A program made the position numbers and the translations under genes. Shown here in pieces: positions 47,355 to 62,100 of a stretch of 64,000 nt of DNA. This DNA comes from Selaginella moellendorffii (taxonomy: Eukaryota; Plantae; Lycopodiophyta). The notes under the pieces are model-generated. The model worked only from the letters and a program-made list of their open reading frames with translations. It did not search any database and was not told the origin of the DNA. Positions within the stretch are counted from its first letter, which is position 1. The number at the start of each line of letters is the position of its first letter. The stretch covers positions 959,457 to 1,023,456 of the forward strand of contig NW_003314318.1 of assembly GCF_000143415.4 (NCBI RefSeq), read 5' to 3'.

Positions 47355-47385
47355 ACAAACCCTAGCCCTATTGTGGGCTTTATAT
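47355..47385 (-). promoter_or_regulatory. Telo-box and site II motif upstream of the snoRNA cluster
   Basis: AAACCCTAG (~47357) and TGGGCT (~47374). This combination is established for plant ribosome-biogenesis and snoRNA promoters. Confidence 0.5.
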
Positions 47386-47927
47386 CCAAGATCAACGGCC
47401 AGGATATGCAATCTATACCTACGATATTTTACCATCTAATGGTTGTTATTCATTTGGATTAATTTTATGATTTTTAAACATGTTTCACTTCCTAGTATAT
47501 TCTTGTTTATTTTAGTTGATATGCAATAAAATTAATCTTGATTTATAAATTATAAATAATAATAGTATTATTTATTAATTAAATTATTCAATAATACTAA
47601 ATGAGAATAACACTACTATTAAGGAAATCAAGCATTGTTCCATGCAACATGTAGCAAATTATTAGAATTCTCTAACTGTAAATTAATTTAATTTTATAGC
47701 CATTTAATTATTTATATAAAGGTAAAAAGCTATTTATTATTATATATTTTAACTAAAAAAAATGACAAACTTTTTTTTGGGCAGATTGCTAACGTTTGAT
47801 TGCTATTACCTCAACAACTCCTAGTATGTTATTACTTCTAAAGTTCATACTGATAATAATTACTATAGTATTATTATCTAGCCTCTCACATCACTTTGAC
47901 AAAATTTACATGGTATTTTTCAATTTT

Positions 47928-50210
47928 TTACATATTGTACAATGCCATGAGCTTGGCCGTGGCGGAAGCCATAGCTTTCTCCACTGCAATGGCAGCCTTT
48001 TCTCGATCGCTTCCTTCTGCCACACCGGCAGCCGAAACGCTGAGGTGATGGAACTCGAAGCCTTTGTGTGGCTCATGAGGTGTGGCTCTAGCGTGAGCTT
48101 GAGCTCTAGCATCCTCAGTGTTGATGGTGAATACTACTGAGTTTTCGGTGTTGTCCTCGCTCTCGCTACCACTGTTGTAATCTTGGCTATCCTCGGAGTT
48201 TGCGTCCCAGTTGCTGTTCTTGTGGGACATGGCAGTGTCACTGAGACAAAACTGTGCTTGTTTCTCAATCGCTTCCTCGGACTTGTGTGGGGCAGCGTGA
48301 ACCGCAACCTTCTTCTCTTTGTCTTTGATCTCCAGGATGTCTTTGAGGAGGAGAAACACCGCGTTTGATCTTAGTAGACCACGATGGTTGCCTGGAACCC
48401 CATGCCTCGCAGTTGCAGTGAATCCATCAGCCTATGAAGAAAGCAGAGTTTAGAACCGGGTGATAGAAACAGAAGGTTACCTTGGAAGACTCGGATGGTA
48501 CCGTGCCATCTCCATCCACATACTTAAAATCGGCCTGCAAAGTCCAAGGTTTCTTTGAGTAAGCATTAAAAAAGAGCTTCGCATTACCTCAGTATGGAGA
48601 ATTTCCTTGAGCTCCACTATAGGGCATTTTTCACTCCCGTAGCTAGAAACAGTGGAAAAAAATCACCAATGAAAGTTGGCTATGAAGAACGAAGAAGACA
48701 TACCAGACGTCGAATGGAGTTTTGCATGAAGTGCCATATATGTTGTAGAACTTAAAATCTTTTGGAAGCTTTGCAGAGAACCATAGACGGCGGGACTCAT
48801 TTGCCCACTCTAGAATGCATCTATTGAAAGGAATGGGTATCGTCTTGTCATCATAGCTCAGCTGCATAGAAAATGTTTAGTTTACCAGTATACCCAAAGA
48901 AAAAAATACCACTAACCGTGTTCTCTTTAAGTGCAGCTTCCATCACAGAAACACACTCGAGGGGTCCATATGAGTGTAGCTTGACGTGCCTGGGATTGTT
49001 ATCATGCTTTCTGTGCCGCCTCCAGACTTGCAATTGTGGAGGGCGCTCCCATTCATGCGTGAGAGATGCCATCATCTCGTACACGGAAGGACATTCGACA
49101 AGCTGAAATGAACAAAACAAATCTCTTGAAGCAATCAAAGCTGAAACAGATAGCTTTGTTACCAATTGATGCGTGCTCCACTTTGCAACCCACAGTTCCT
49201 TTTGCCATCCCTTGAGGAATTCCACTCCAGTCAGGAGGCAGTCTGTCACAAACGCCGGTGCCCCTGCAATTCCAAGTTTCAGTGCAACAAAGAAAAAGAA
49301 AAAGAAAAAGAAAAAGAAACAGCATTTCACCTTGAAAAGGTGTCGCGATTGTCGTCCAAGAATTCACAAGTTTTTCAAAGCTCTGACAAAAATGCAAAAA
49401 ACTCATAAGCCCGAGAGAACTGCGGAGCCAATTTTCTCTTACAGCAGAATGAAGTGCCAAGAGGGATCTCACTAAAAGTCCTCCCATGGAATGAGAAATG
49501 ATATTAACTTTCTTCCCACCTGAGGTTTTGTGTATGGCCTCTAGTCTTCGTAAAAGACCATCCACTGCCTCTGGGAGCCTGTTCCATTCCGATAGATAGC
49601 TTCAATTCGAGCGAACTTACACAAATCCAAGTACCTGTTGCTCTGGCGAAAATCATAGCCATAGCCAAACAAAGTCGTGCCTGCCTTGTACCCCCACTGC
49701 TCCAATTGCTCGATCAAATCGTGAAAGTTATACACGATGTTTAGACGTATGAACTGGTGGAGAAAAAAATTTGTGAGTCGAGAAAAAGATAGAATGAAAG
49801 AACCAAAACATTTACCACAGCGGGGTCGAGGATGTCACAACTAAACAATCCATAGTTCTCGTCTGGAACTTCTATGTGAGATTTTGGATCCAAGGACAAG
49901 GTTTTCCCTGCAAAGCAATGGCGTCCCACCTCCCAAACGATTCAAGTTTCAAATGCTTACCCGTTGCCGGATCATAGCGCGACCACAGCTTCTTCTTGAA
50001 TTCGTGATCCGCAAAGAACAAGCGCACCCAAACGCGCTCGGCATTGTCGCTGTTGTCATCGTCCACGGCATTGAGAATGGAGCCGCCAATCCCAGGCACG
50101 AGTAGCACCGGCAGCAAATCGCGCTCGCCTGCATCGTCTCCGCCATGGCCCTTGCCAGAGATCCATTCCTCAATCTTCTTGATAATCTCGTCGAAAATCC
50201 CGCCAAACAT
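47928..50210 (-). CDS. LCAT3/LCAT4-like phospholipase A, multi-exon
   Basis: PVLLVPGIGGSILNA, ERVWVR, LFGYGYDFRQSNR, lipase motif ISHSMGG, ECPSVYEM, FYNIYG, DGDGTVP and HRGLL. Confidence 0.93.
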
Positions 50211-50584
50211 GATCGATCCCGCTAAGAGTCAATCCCAATCCGCCATCGCAGCTCGTGCCGCCCGGATGCCATGCTGGCAAGTGTCAATCGATCCACGCCA
50301 CCACTTGTGCCAGTCCACAAGGACACGCGATCACGCCACACCGCCACTATCGCATTCTTCACGTGTGCCAAGAGCCCTAAATTCTCTCTCATATGTTGTC
50401 TGGAATAACACTTTCTAGGATCGCGGTCAAATCGCAAGAGAGAATCGGTCGTGCCCAAGAGCCCTAACCCTATCCTCAAAATCAACGGTCGGAATATGCA
50501 GTCGCGGGTTCGATTCCTGTCCAGGGCCCCCCACTATATTACCACCACAGCTATGGCTCGGATCCAGGCGTGATATTCCTTGGA

Positions 50585-52130
<1,546 letters not shown>

Positions 52131-52572
52131 GCGCTATCTTCTTTGACTGATCGAAACAAAACAATTCGGCTGTCAGTTTCAATGCTTGCTAACTTCTCGG
52201 GAAGCTTTTTTCTAAATGGATTGAATTGGTATATCTTTCTTTATTCGTTCATCTCGCACACAGTAGAAGTAAAACACTGCCAGACTTTCGTGAACTTTGT
52301 GTGAGTGTGCGTGCGTGTGTGTGTTTGAAAAACTCGTCGGTGTAAAGCAGCATATAAAAGAAGGAAAGCTTTGGAGATCCTGCACAAAGGAACAAGAAAA
52401 GAGCAATGAATAAATCAGCGAATCTTCACAGCTCTTATGCAAAGAGATTGCAAACTAGAGACTAAACACAACCTGCAAAAACAGCGATTATCATCCAAGC
52501 AATGGCGCCTAAACCAGAAAGAATGCATACACATTGTTTGAATCTGGTTGTGATCGATGGCTTTCTCGACAT

Positions 52573-53521
52573 CTAATCATCGTCATCGTCCGCGTCCTCC
52601 TGAGAAGAGTAGAGATTTAGAAAACTTAGAAACTTATAAGAAGCATACTTCTTCGTCGTCGTCATTGCCAGCAGACTTGGATTTTACCTCTGATTCTCCG
52701 GCGGATCCATCCTCCTCCTCCTCCTCTTCCTCCTCCTCGTTGTCCTTCAAAGAAAAAGAGAGAAGAAAGTTTGAGGAAGCCATCAAGACGCACGAACGAG
52801 CACGAGAGAAATACCTTCTTTTTGTTGTATGCTTCCAGATCCTTGTCGTAGTCGGCTTTCCTCTTGGCAGCTTTGGCGTGGTAAGGCTCCTTCTCCTGCA
52901 TGGGACGAGGAAAAAAAAATAGATTCTCAACACGTCGGAAACTAGCGAAGATATCGTGTACCTTGTCAGACAAAGATTTCCACATGTCTCCTCCCGCTTT
53001 TCCTATCTGCGAGAACGAAGATCACCAGCACGAGTGAGAAGCAAGAATGAAGATCACCAGAACGACGAGGGAAGAAAAACAAAACCAAAAAAAAAAAATC
53101 TCTTGACAAGACAAAGTTCGAGAAGAAGGTATGCTTACAGCGGCAACTCCCTTGACGTCGGGATGATCCTTCTTGTACGTCTGCCTAAACTCTTCCCTGT
53201 GTGATAGAAAGATTAGAAAGCAGCGCAAAACGAAAGAAACGAAAAAAAAAAAAAAAAACGCTCTCACAGAAAGATGAAAAATGCGGTGGCTGGCTTCTTG
53301 GGTTGATTGGGATCCTTTTTCCCCTTTGCTTTCACGGGTTTCTTCGCTTTGGCTGCCTTCGGTTTGGTCTCCTTCACGGAGAGGGCCTTCTTCTTCCCAT
53401 TTCTGATCCACAAAAAATTAGAAAACTAAAAAACAAATTCCAAGCTCGGCTATGGCGAAATCGGCCAGGGCGAGATATCTTACTGTTTATTCGTAGCTGC
53501 CGCCGCTCCACGCTTCCCCAT
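52573..53521 (-). CDS. HMGB: High mobility group B protein (basic N-terminus, HMG box, acidic tail), multi-exon
   Basis: KDPNQPKKPATAFFIFL/EEFRQTYKKDHPDVKGVAA/WKSLSDK/EKEPYHAKAAKRKADY, followed by a D/E tail. Confidence 0.93.
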
Positions 53522-53849
53522 CTCCTAAACCAGAAGAGAAAACTATGAGCAAGCGATCAAAATCACAGAATGCCCACAATCTAAGCGAGGAAAAGCGGAG
53601 AAAAGGAAATCTAACAAGCTTTCCCAATCGCTTACCGGAGCTTTGGAACGCCGAAGCCCTGATCGATCCTTGGCCGCGTCGCCTCAGCCGCGTACTCTCG
53701 AGCAGATCAAAGCAAAGAAGAAAAAACACTACTAGGAGATAGAGAGGGCAGAATAGGGGCTGGATATTCCGGAGCGGAATTTAACGATTAGATATTCTGA
53801 GACAGAATATCTACTTGGTTACTTCGTTTCAAGTTTTTACTATACCTCT

Positions 53850-56620
53850 AATTCCTGTGGCTTCATCAGCTTCCTTTTACCCAACATCACTCTTTGAATC
53901 GCCACCCTTCGAACTATCCCCGGTATCGACACCTTGTTCCAGACTTTCGGTGCGTGTATGAACAATAAGATAGGAGGTGAGAAATAACAATCAATAAGAA
54001 TGGTGAATGTAGTTTACCCTGGATTGCCTTTAGCAGCGATCTCATCCTGAGGACCACATCCGAGGTTTCAGTGGGAGTGCTATAGTTGAGGGCCTTCTGC
54101 ATCTGGTGCTGGAGTGTATGATACTTCAGGGGGAGAGGAGTACACATTGCAAATCCCAAAAGATTAAAAACATAGAGACTTGTAAAGGATGAGTTTTCGT
54201 AGGTTTGAAGTGTGAGCAGCTTACGCTTATACAAAATTGTCACAGTTTTAACAGACACACAGATAACTTCCATAAACAATGAGAAACTATATGACGCTAC
54301 CTTTCAGAAGAACCAGAAGCCACTTCTGTTACGTGAGACGTTGTCACTACTTCACGAATGACCTCCGTTTGATTGTTTTCAGCCACTGAGGCTAATATCA
54401 ACGGTAGAATGCTCCATCGTTTCAGCTTCCTTTTTGACGGCAGTAACTTCTGTAGGCGTGACAATTTCAGTCACCTGTTCACTTGTTTCTTCGACGCTAA
54501 TTAGTTCCGTGGCTTCAAAAACTAGTTCAGCAGTTCCGACGGTCACCGTACCACTGTCGACCAAATCATCTGCACGTAACGTCATGTCGAGTGTAGTAAA
54601 CACAAAATCTCTCATACTTCATCAATTTCGTTGGTTTTGCATTACCAACTTCATTCTCAGCCTCCGTCACATTGCACTGCATGGAGGTGAATTCATGAGC
54701 TCACTAGCCGGGGTTTCCTGAGACTGCATCCGGATTGTCTTCCAAACGATCTTTACTATCAACAGCTGTGCTTTCGTCAGGTTCGATGACTACTTCTGGT
54801 AACATGTCCTCGCGAGTGCCAATTTCACTATCACAAAGTATTTAAGGTGAATTTCTTAGACAAGAAAAGGGTACTTACTTGATAGTGTTCATCCTCGTGG
54901 CCAATCTGAGATTTAATTCTTCAGTAGAAGAATTACAAGAAAAACCGTTAGCTTGACCGCCAGCACAAAAACAAAAGTATTTTACTCGTTCTCTGGAGCT
55001 TCGATATTCCCAATTGTTTCCGCATCCTCACCAGCATCAGTGTCTGCAAAATAATAAGACATGATAAAAACTATAGAGAGAAAAGTAGGAAAATCTCAAA
55101 ACGTTTCATAGCACTGCCGATGTCCCATTCCACGACCTCGTAACTCGATTTTCCCTCATCTGCCTTTCAGCCTTCAACTTCATTAAGATCCGCTCCAACT
55201 TCAGGTTCAAAGCTTGAGGGAGAATCGAGAAGATTGATTTGTGTGTCCTCCACAATGACACGTTCAGCATTTCCTTCCTCCTGTTCTGCATGGCTGTTCA
55301 TTCTCAGGAATCCTGTTGTCACCATTTTCGTCAGATCCTTTGGGAGTAAAGGTTTCCTCAGCCTTAGACCCCACGCAGAGAAAGACCACTACATATCAAA
55401 CAAGAGTCAGCCCCATTGATCACGAAAATAATGAAGATACTTACCGTCTACTGCCATCATCCAGCCTAGAGCCAATTTCAAACATGCCGGTTCAGGGACA
55501 TTCTCCTTGTCCATGTCTTTATCAGCTTGAAGTACCTCAGTAGCCCTTTCATACCCATGGTTCTCGGACCTGCAAAACAGTGTTTCATTACCATCGATCA
55601 ATAAGCGTTGCTTACATTTCAGTGTCGGTTAAACGTGTTGGGGATTGAATTTCAATTGGTAAAGTGTTATCAGGTAGCATCTTGATAATACCTTCCGTTG
55701 ATAAGGTGACCTTTTCAACCTCGGTTGATTCGGCCGTGGTCGAATGCAAAGTCGAAAGTTTAGCGCTGTCCGTATCATTACGCTATAGAACGAAAAGGAA
55801 CAAGGCCGTTCTTACATTTTAGCCGCGGGAAAGAAATCCCTTCGCTTTCCTTTAGGGGATCAATTTCCTTGTCGTGTGCAGGAAAACTGTATGTGAAGGT
55901 TAACTAAGACATGTCAGGATAGATAGAAAACTCACTTGGTCTAAAAACTAGCTGGAGTTTCCTTTTTCACGCTTAAAACACCTGACGGAAGAATTATGTC
56001 AAGCATCTCCAGCTTCCCGCCAAGACGAATAACAGGAAGATAATGAGAAGGTAACAAGCTTTCGGCCTGTGAAGAGAGCGATCAAGCCAAGATGTTAAGG
56101 GAAATTGTAAAACAATATGTACATGGCTAAAGTAAGGATGATTGCATAGATTGTTCTTCACCTTGAAATGAGAACCATTAGAACGAAACTAGTGAAGTAC
56201 CTGAATTTGCAAGATGCCTTTTTTATCCGATGGCCTTTGTCAATTATAATGTAATGCCTACTCAATTTGGTCTATTGTTTGTCACAAGAATATTAAATCG
56301 TTGCTAGCGTTCCCTAGATAAACTGCGATCAACAGTCAGTCATGAACAAACTTCCGTGCTTTCGTGCGCTGAACAGATGACGCCGCTCATCAGGAGTACC
56401 AGTATATGCAAGTTTGATCTGACATCTAATTTGGCAACACCGATGAAGGTACAACGCCTCGATCATGCTTGGCCTCGTTTAGATAGCATATCAAAGCAAT
56501 CACCTGCAAACCACACATTATACATCACAGCCTTAACAAAATAATAAAGAAACGTACCTGAATAGCGCGATCGTCAAGTCTCTGCATCAGCGTCCGCTAC
56601 GGAGCCGACTTCTCGCTCCC
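53850..56620 (-). other. Multi-exon locus encoding acidic, low-complexity peptides; possibly a pseudogene
   Basis: Many regularly spaced GT-AG signals and E/T/S-rich exon translations. At least one apparent in-frame stop (EVEG*KADEG near 55170). No recognisable domain. Confidence 0.4.
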
Positions 56621-57576
56621 GGGGCCTATTACTGATGTGTCCAGCTTCTCCGTGGATTACACCGGCTTAGTAGATTGCCTGCTTGAGAGTGGGATGCGGG
56701 CAACCTTGCTGAAGAATCCTGCCCAAGTTTGTTCGTGTGTTCGTCGTCAGGCCCTGAAGGAACTTGATAACATCCCCGCTCTTACACGCAAAAGGACCTT
56801 TCTCGGCTAGCAGCGTCGGACCCCCGGAGATAACTCGGACGCTCGAGGAGGAAACGACAGCGACGAGTGAGAAGCTTTTGCTTCTCACATTTTTAGCATA
56901 GCACCTAAGCGCCAGACTGTAGCTGGAATTTTTCTTCTTGCGTATACCCTCAATCCCTGTTACCCGACTAGTTCTCCAGACTCCTGCTCGTCCTTCTCGT
57001 TGCTTGCTTCCAGTTTCCCGGCCCTTACTATGCTGTACTAGAGTTACTGGAGCATTCTATACTATTCCCAACGTTCAATAAGTAGACTTGGTGTAAGGAT
57101 CCTTTCAAGGAGAAAGAGAAAGAGGGGATTACTCAGTGAAGGAAATGGCGAGACAGCGCCTGACCGTTGGAAGGAGGCGATTCGATGTTCACATCTGCAA
57201 GGAAATGTACTTGATCGAATCAACCTCATCAGAAGATTCCCGTTTGAATCGAAAAAGCGACGATCTCGCAAACCCTAATAGCATTCTTCCAAGAGTTTGC
57301 TCGAGTGATGACGATCATCCTCACTTATGAGACGCATTCGGGTCGTTGTCTCACCAAAGATCAAAGCAAAAGTAATGATCCGAAATTCAATACAGTTTTT
57401 CATACAAAGGGATCACTGACCATTCTCTATGATCTTCCTCAGTGGCTCCTCTGGATCCTCAGACTCGCGCCTATTCGAAGTGCTGGCAAAGAAGAAATGA
57501 TTTATAAACATTTAATCGCACCTTGTAAACTCCTTAATACATGAAAGGCTTACTTTTGGCTCTCTAGGGTTACTAG

Positions 57577-59025
57577 ATGGCCGTGTCGTTGTTTTCTTTG
57601 CTTCGAACGCACATCCCCAGCCCGGGTTTCACAGGTTCCTCTCCGCTTTGTGACAGTCTTATAGGAGAGCACACTCCCAGCGGTGGCTACAAGGTATGGG
57701 AATCATTCGCGTCGGAGCTCCAACTCTTTCTCTCCGCGCTCTACTCACAGCCGGATAGCGCCCCAGTCTTTACAGATCCTCACCCGCTAGTTGGTGCTGA
57801 AACCACAAACCGCGAAGAGGCATCTGCAAGACTGTATGCGTCCCTTGTGATTCCGGTGCAAGAGCTGTCTGCTGAGTACCACAGACGGTTTCAAGTTGGC
57901 GGTGGACTCCATCTCACCCATATCGAAGCTGCATTCGTCATGTATGGCAACGCGGACGAAAGTACTTCTCAGCCGCCAAATGCATTTGCAACAAATACCC
58001 TTCGAGGGTTTCTTGTGCTCGAGCCAGACGTGTTGCTGCAGGGTCTGACAGTTTCGGGTGGTGATGCCCACAAGATATTTGCTCGAGCGGCTGGCTATTT
58101 ATACTACAACAGATCGGGGTACGCTTGTGTTACAAGCATTAAGCGCGCATTTTTTTGCAGGCTGAGCCGTGAGGAGGACGTTTTCCAGGTCTCTGATCAC
58201 GTCGTCTTTGATATGAATTCGCCACCACACGGCGCACGATCGCCGACTCTTTTCGAAGCTCTCTTCTTCTTGATGCACCTCATGTTTCAGGAGTCAAATC
58301 TGCCTCGGCCACAGCAGCGTTTGGATCAGCCTTTTCCACGCAGAAAACGAATCAAGTATAACTCAGCTGGACCCAGCACAGTCAATGCTCGGTCCAGGAT
58401 CTACAAGGAACAGGCTGTGGATCTGCGTACACAGATGTCAGAGCTTTGCAGATCTATGAACTTCAGCTTCAAAGACATTGAGGACATTGTCACACTACAG
58501 CTCTCGGATTTGAAGCTCTCGAGCTGGCGTCAGATTCACTCTGGTGAACAAGTCTCTGTCTTTCAGGGGAGATTCAAAGGCGAAAAGGCTGTCTTCAAAT
58601 CAGTGGACGTGTGCAAGGCTCCCGACAAGCTGCGGAAGATGGTACGTGAAGTGTGGGTGATGGCGAGATTGAAAAGCCTGCAAGGGGATGTTATCCCTCG
58701 CCTCTATGCGTCTGGTTTCCTGGATGGAGGGATCTGGCTTACCATCATGCAAGACATTGGAGGAACGAGCATTGACAAGAACTATGAGGAGCTTTACAAG
58801 GATAGCTATCTCACCGCAGCAAAGTCTGCCTTGAGCGTGATACACAGGGCAAATGCGAGTCACGGTCGAGTTGAGTCCTCCAACATCATCGTTGGAGAAG
58901 GTGGCAAAGTTATGTGGATCGACCTTGAAGCAGTGTGTTTCTTTGGCTGCGATGGCGATGCAGATGATCTGTTGCATTTCGTTCGTGAAGATCTTAAACA
59001 AATCCCGGTTTGTAGATCAAACTAA
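57577..59025 (+). CDS. Intronless Crinkler/fungal-type REase-fold + protein-kinase-fold protein with degenerate catalytic residues (482 aa)
   Basis: N-domain AAGYLYYNRSGYACVTSIKRAFFCR...FQVSD. C-domain AVFK, REV, LKSLQGDVIPRLYASG, IHRANASHGRVESSNII and WIDLE. Confidence 0.8.
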   Translation: MAVSLFSLLRTHIPSPGFTGSSPLCDSLIGEHTPSGGYKVWESFASELQLFLSALYSQPDSAPVFTDPHPLVGAETTNREEASARLYASLVIPVQELSAEYHRRFQVGGGLHLTHIEAAFVMYGNADESTSQPPNAFATNTLRGFLVLEPDVLLQGLTVSGGDAHKIFARAAGYLYYNRSGYACVTSIKRAFFCRLSREEDVFQVSDHVVFDMNSPPHGARSPTLFEALFFLMHLMFQESNLPRPQQRLDQPFPRRKRIKYNSAGPSTVNARSRIYKEQAVDLRTQMSELCRSMNFSFKDIEDIVTLQLSDLKLSSWRQIHSGEQVSVFQGRFKGEKAVFKSVDVCKAPDKLRKMVREVWVMARLKSLQGDVIPRLYASGFLDGGIWLTIMQDIGGTSIDKNYEELYKDSYLTAAKSALSVIHRANASHGRVESSNIIVGEGGKVMWIDLEAVCFFGCDGDADDLLHFVREDLKQIPVCRSN

Positions 59026-59149
59026 TTGTATGGAAGATCTAATACTGTAGCGTTTTCATGTTCCTCTATCCACGAGTGGAAAGACTATCCAAATATGCGC
59101 TCTGCTTGATTTCGGGATTCTGATCTTATTGAAAGCTTGACTATGAAGA

Positions 59150-62100
59150 CATAGGAATTATTTGATCATAGTAATCGTAGTTTTTTTATTTTTTATTTTT
59201 TGTAAAATAAAGAAAAATTGCCTAATAAAAGATTAATCTACTTTGCATCTCCTCATCTCCAATCTTCTTCTTGCATTTCAGGCTAGCTGTATGTGATAAT
59301 GTATATACTGAATTGATTTTGCAGTTCTGTTTTGGAGTCTACTAATTTTGTAATGCACAGTTTAAAAGGTCGTATTAATCATGATAACATTGTAACTCCA
59401 ATTGTGGATATTAAACAACCCTGGCCAACGACCAATCGCTCTGTCACTACTGGCTGAAGAAACACAGCCACATTGGCAGATCGGCCATTTCCCATTGCCC
59501 TGTTGCCCTTGCTTGGATACATTTGAGAAAGAAATTATTAATGGTAAATAAAAGCAAAGCAGTAAAATCAGGTGCAAATGAAGGTGGAGAGAGAAACAAA
59601 AATTCAAACCAATAAAAGAGAAATTTACACTAAATCCTAGACCCTTCTACTTTTTTCATGTTAAGTAAATATAAAGTTTGAAAGAAATATTTAAAGCAGA
59701 TATAATTATCCTTCTTACTAGATATGGTAACAAATATGTGATTATGCTTTATATTTACAATATTTTTATACTTATACAAGCAATCGAAACTTGATTGTCT
59801 ATAATATTTTTGTCATAGGATATGCCATGTATGCATGTGGCATGACATCTCATATTACCATGAAAAATTGATACCATATAATTGTAAGCAAGAGTGCACT
59901 TTTTTTTTCAATCAATTAAAAGTTTTAGGATTTAGATTTGAGTATTATTGTGCTGTGTGACCTCTCAGAAAGTTCAAATTTAAGAGTTTACAACCAATGC
60001 CCACATATAAAAGAATTATGTTCAAAATATTATTTTATGAGTTATACTATATTACAACAATTTAAATAAACATGTATTTTTCTTTTATATATTTTGCAAT
60101 CTTACATAATTTTTTACCAAGCCACCCACCTTAGGTACACCTCTTCTCATGGGAGGCATATCTTTCCCCCAAAATTGCCATTATAAATTGTTTGCCATAA
60201 TTAAATTTATAATTAAAATAAAAAAGTTTTTAGCAAATATATAGCAATGAATATGTGATTACATCTAAAAACATTATATATTTACACATGTGTGAATTTT
60301 CTTTTTAGTTGCATACAAATGTATTATGCACACAATCACTTTTCAATTGCTATATAGGAAATCAAAACATAATTATGTATATGATATTTTTGTCATGGGA
60401 TAACCATGGGGTATGACACATCAAACTGCTATACAAGACTAATGCAATATCATTTTAGATAACATGATGTCACTGTAAATTTAGTAATGTTTCTTTTGTA
60501 TCATTCTTTTGTCATTGAGCACAGATTTATGATCTCTTGATTATGATCCTCTTTTTCTTCTCATTTCACATAGTTATAATTTATTTCTTGCAGCTTAAAA
60601 GTGTATTTCAATTGCAATATGCCCTAATTAGTAAGCACAATGCTTCAATCATTCTTACAAATGCCCCTCATTTCTATTTGTAGCATGGTGCCCTAATTTA
60701 GGTAGTAATCGATTAGAATGGAGGGGAATATCAATTTGGAGTGCAAGGGCAAAGGGCAAAACATTTCTTTCAATGCTTGGGGTGTTGAGTGTGGTGGTTT
60801 TTCCTTAAGTAAATGGGCTTTGTTATAATTATGGTAATATATTAACTCCATTGATTTTTTATTTTCTAATCACAAGTGTAAACTTTTGGCCTTATAGTGG
60901 TTTATTGCACTTTGGTATAAATTGATAGTGTATACTTTTTGTTCTTGGGTCTTTGCTTCTTGGTATGAACTTTATGGTTGTTGTAGTCACTATGTTGTGG
61001 TGAGTGAGAAAAATTGCAACATAATGCTTACATATAAATAAATTTCTACTTTTTGTAAGTTTCTATTCATTCCTCTCTAATGCATGTCTTAATGTGTGTG
61101 TTATTTTAGATTCTTTCTATATTTTATAAAGCTAAAACTTTAGTTTTTCTTTATTCTTTACAAAATGATATATAGCTACATGTAGTGTATATGGTTTTCA
61201 CCCTTTATCATATGGTGTTTTACTATAGGATAACCATGAAACCTAACCCTCTACATGGTACATGCCACGTGTCCAAGGGCAATAGAAAGAAATTTGAATT
61301 TTAGAGCCTTGGGCCATTAAATGAAGGGACTAAACTAAACTCCCAAACTTGCATCCAAGGACTGAAGGAATTAAAACATAAAGTAATTCTTAAGAGTTTA
61401 GCCTAAGAAGCAAAGAAACAAGAGTATGGAGTGACATTGGAATTGTCCTAGAGTATCTAGCTTCCCAATACCAAAATTAGCACGTAAAATGGAGCCAAAT
61501 GAAATTTAGTATTATTTTAGTATATTAGTGGCTTAACATGAGGATATAAGTACTCCACCAGCTAGTATGGTATAGAATTTGAGCTTAAACTCAAACTAGA
61601 TGTAAAATAAAGACAAACATGTATGTGAAATTTATACTATACCTCATGTTGGTTGGTTATATTCAATTTACCCACTATTGCTATTATATATTTGGAGCCC
61701 TTTATAGCCTTATGCTTTGGGCTTTCACCCTAGTACTAGGAGTTATCTCTAAAATAAGCTTCAAACTTACTAAATATAGAATAGTGCTAAATTGCAAATT
61801 TGGACAAGTGACTAAATAAATATAAAACTATACATTTTCTTTGTTCTCCATTTTTTTTTTTATTCTTCTTGGTCCTTCTTTACTCCTTATTTCCTCTTTC
61901 TCTATAGAAATAATAGTGTAAAAAAGTTTCAAACAACAAGAAACAATTATTAATTCCTACTCACATTGATCAAAACATAGTCACATATCTTGCTTCTTTT
62001 TGTCATTCTCTAGCATCAAATTAGTATAATGATTTTTCCACATTTTTAGATCTTGCATGATTTTAATATTTTAGGTGTTTTTGTCCTTGATAAAGTTTCA

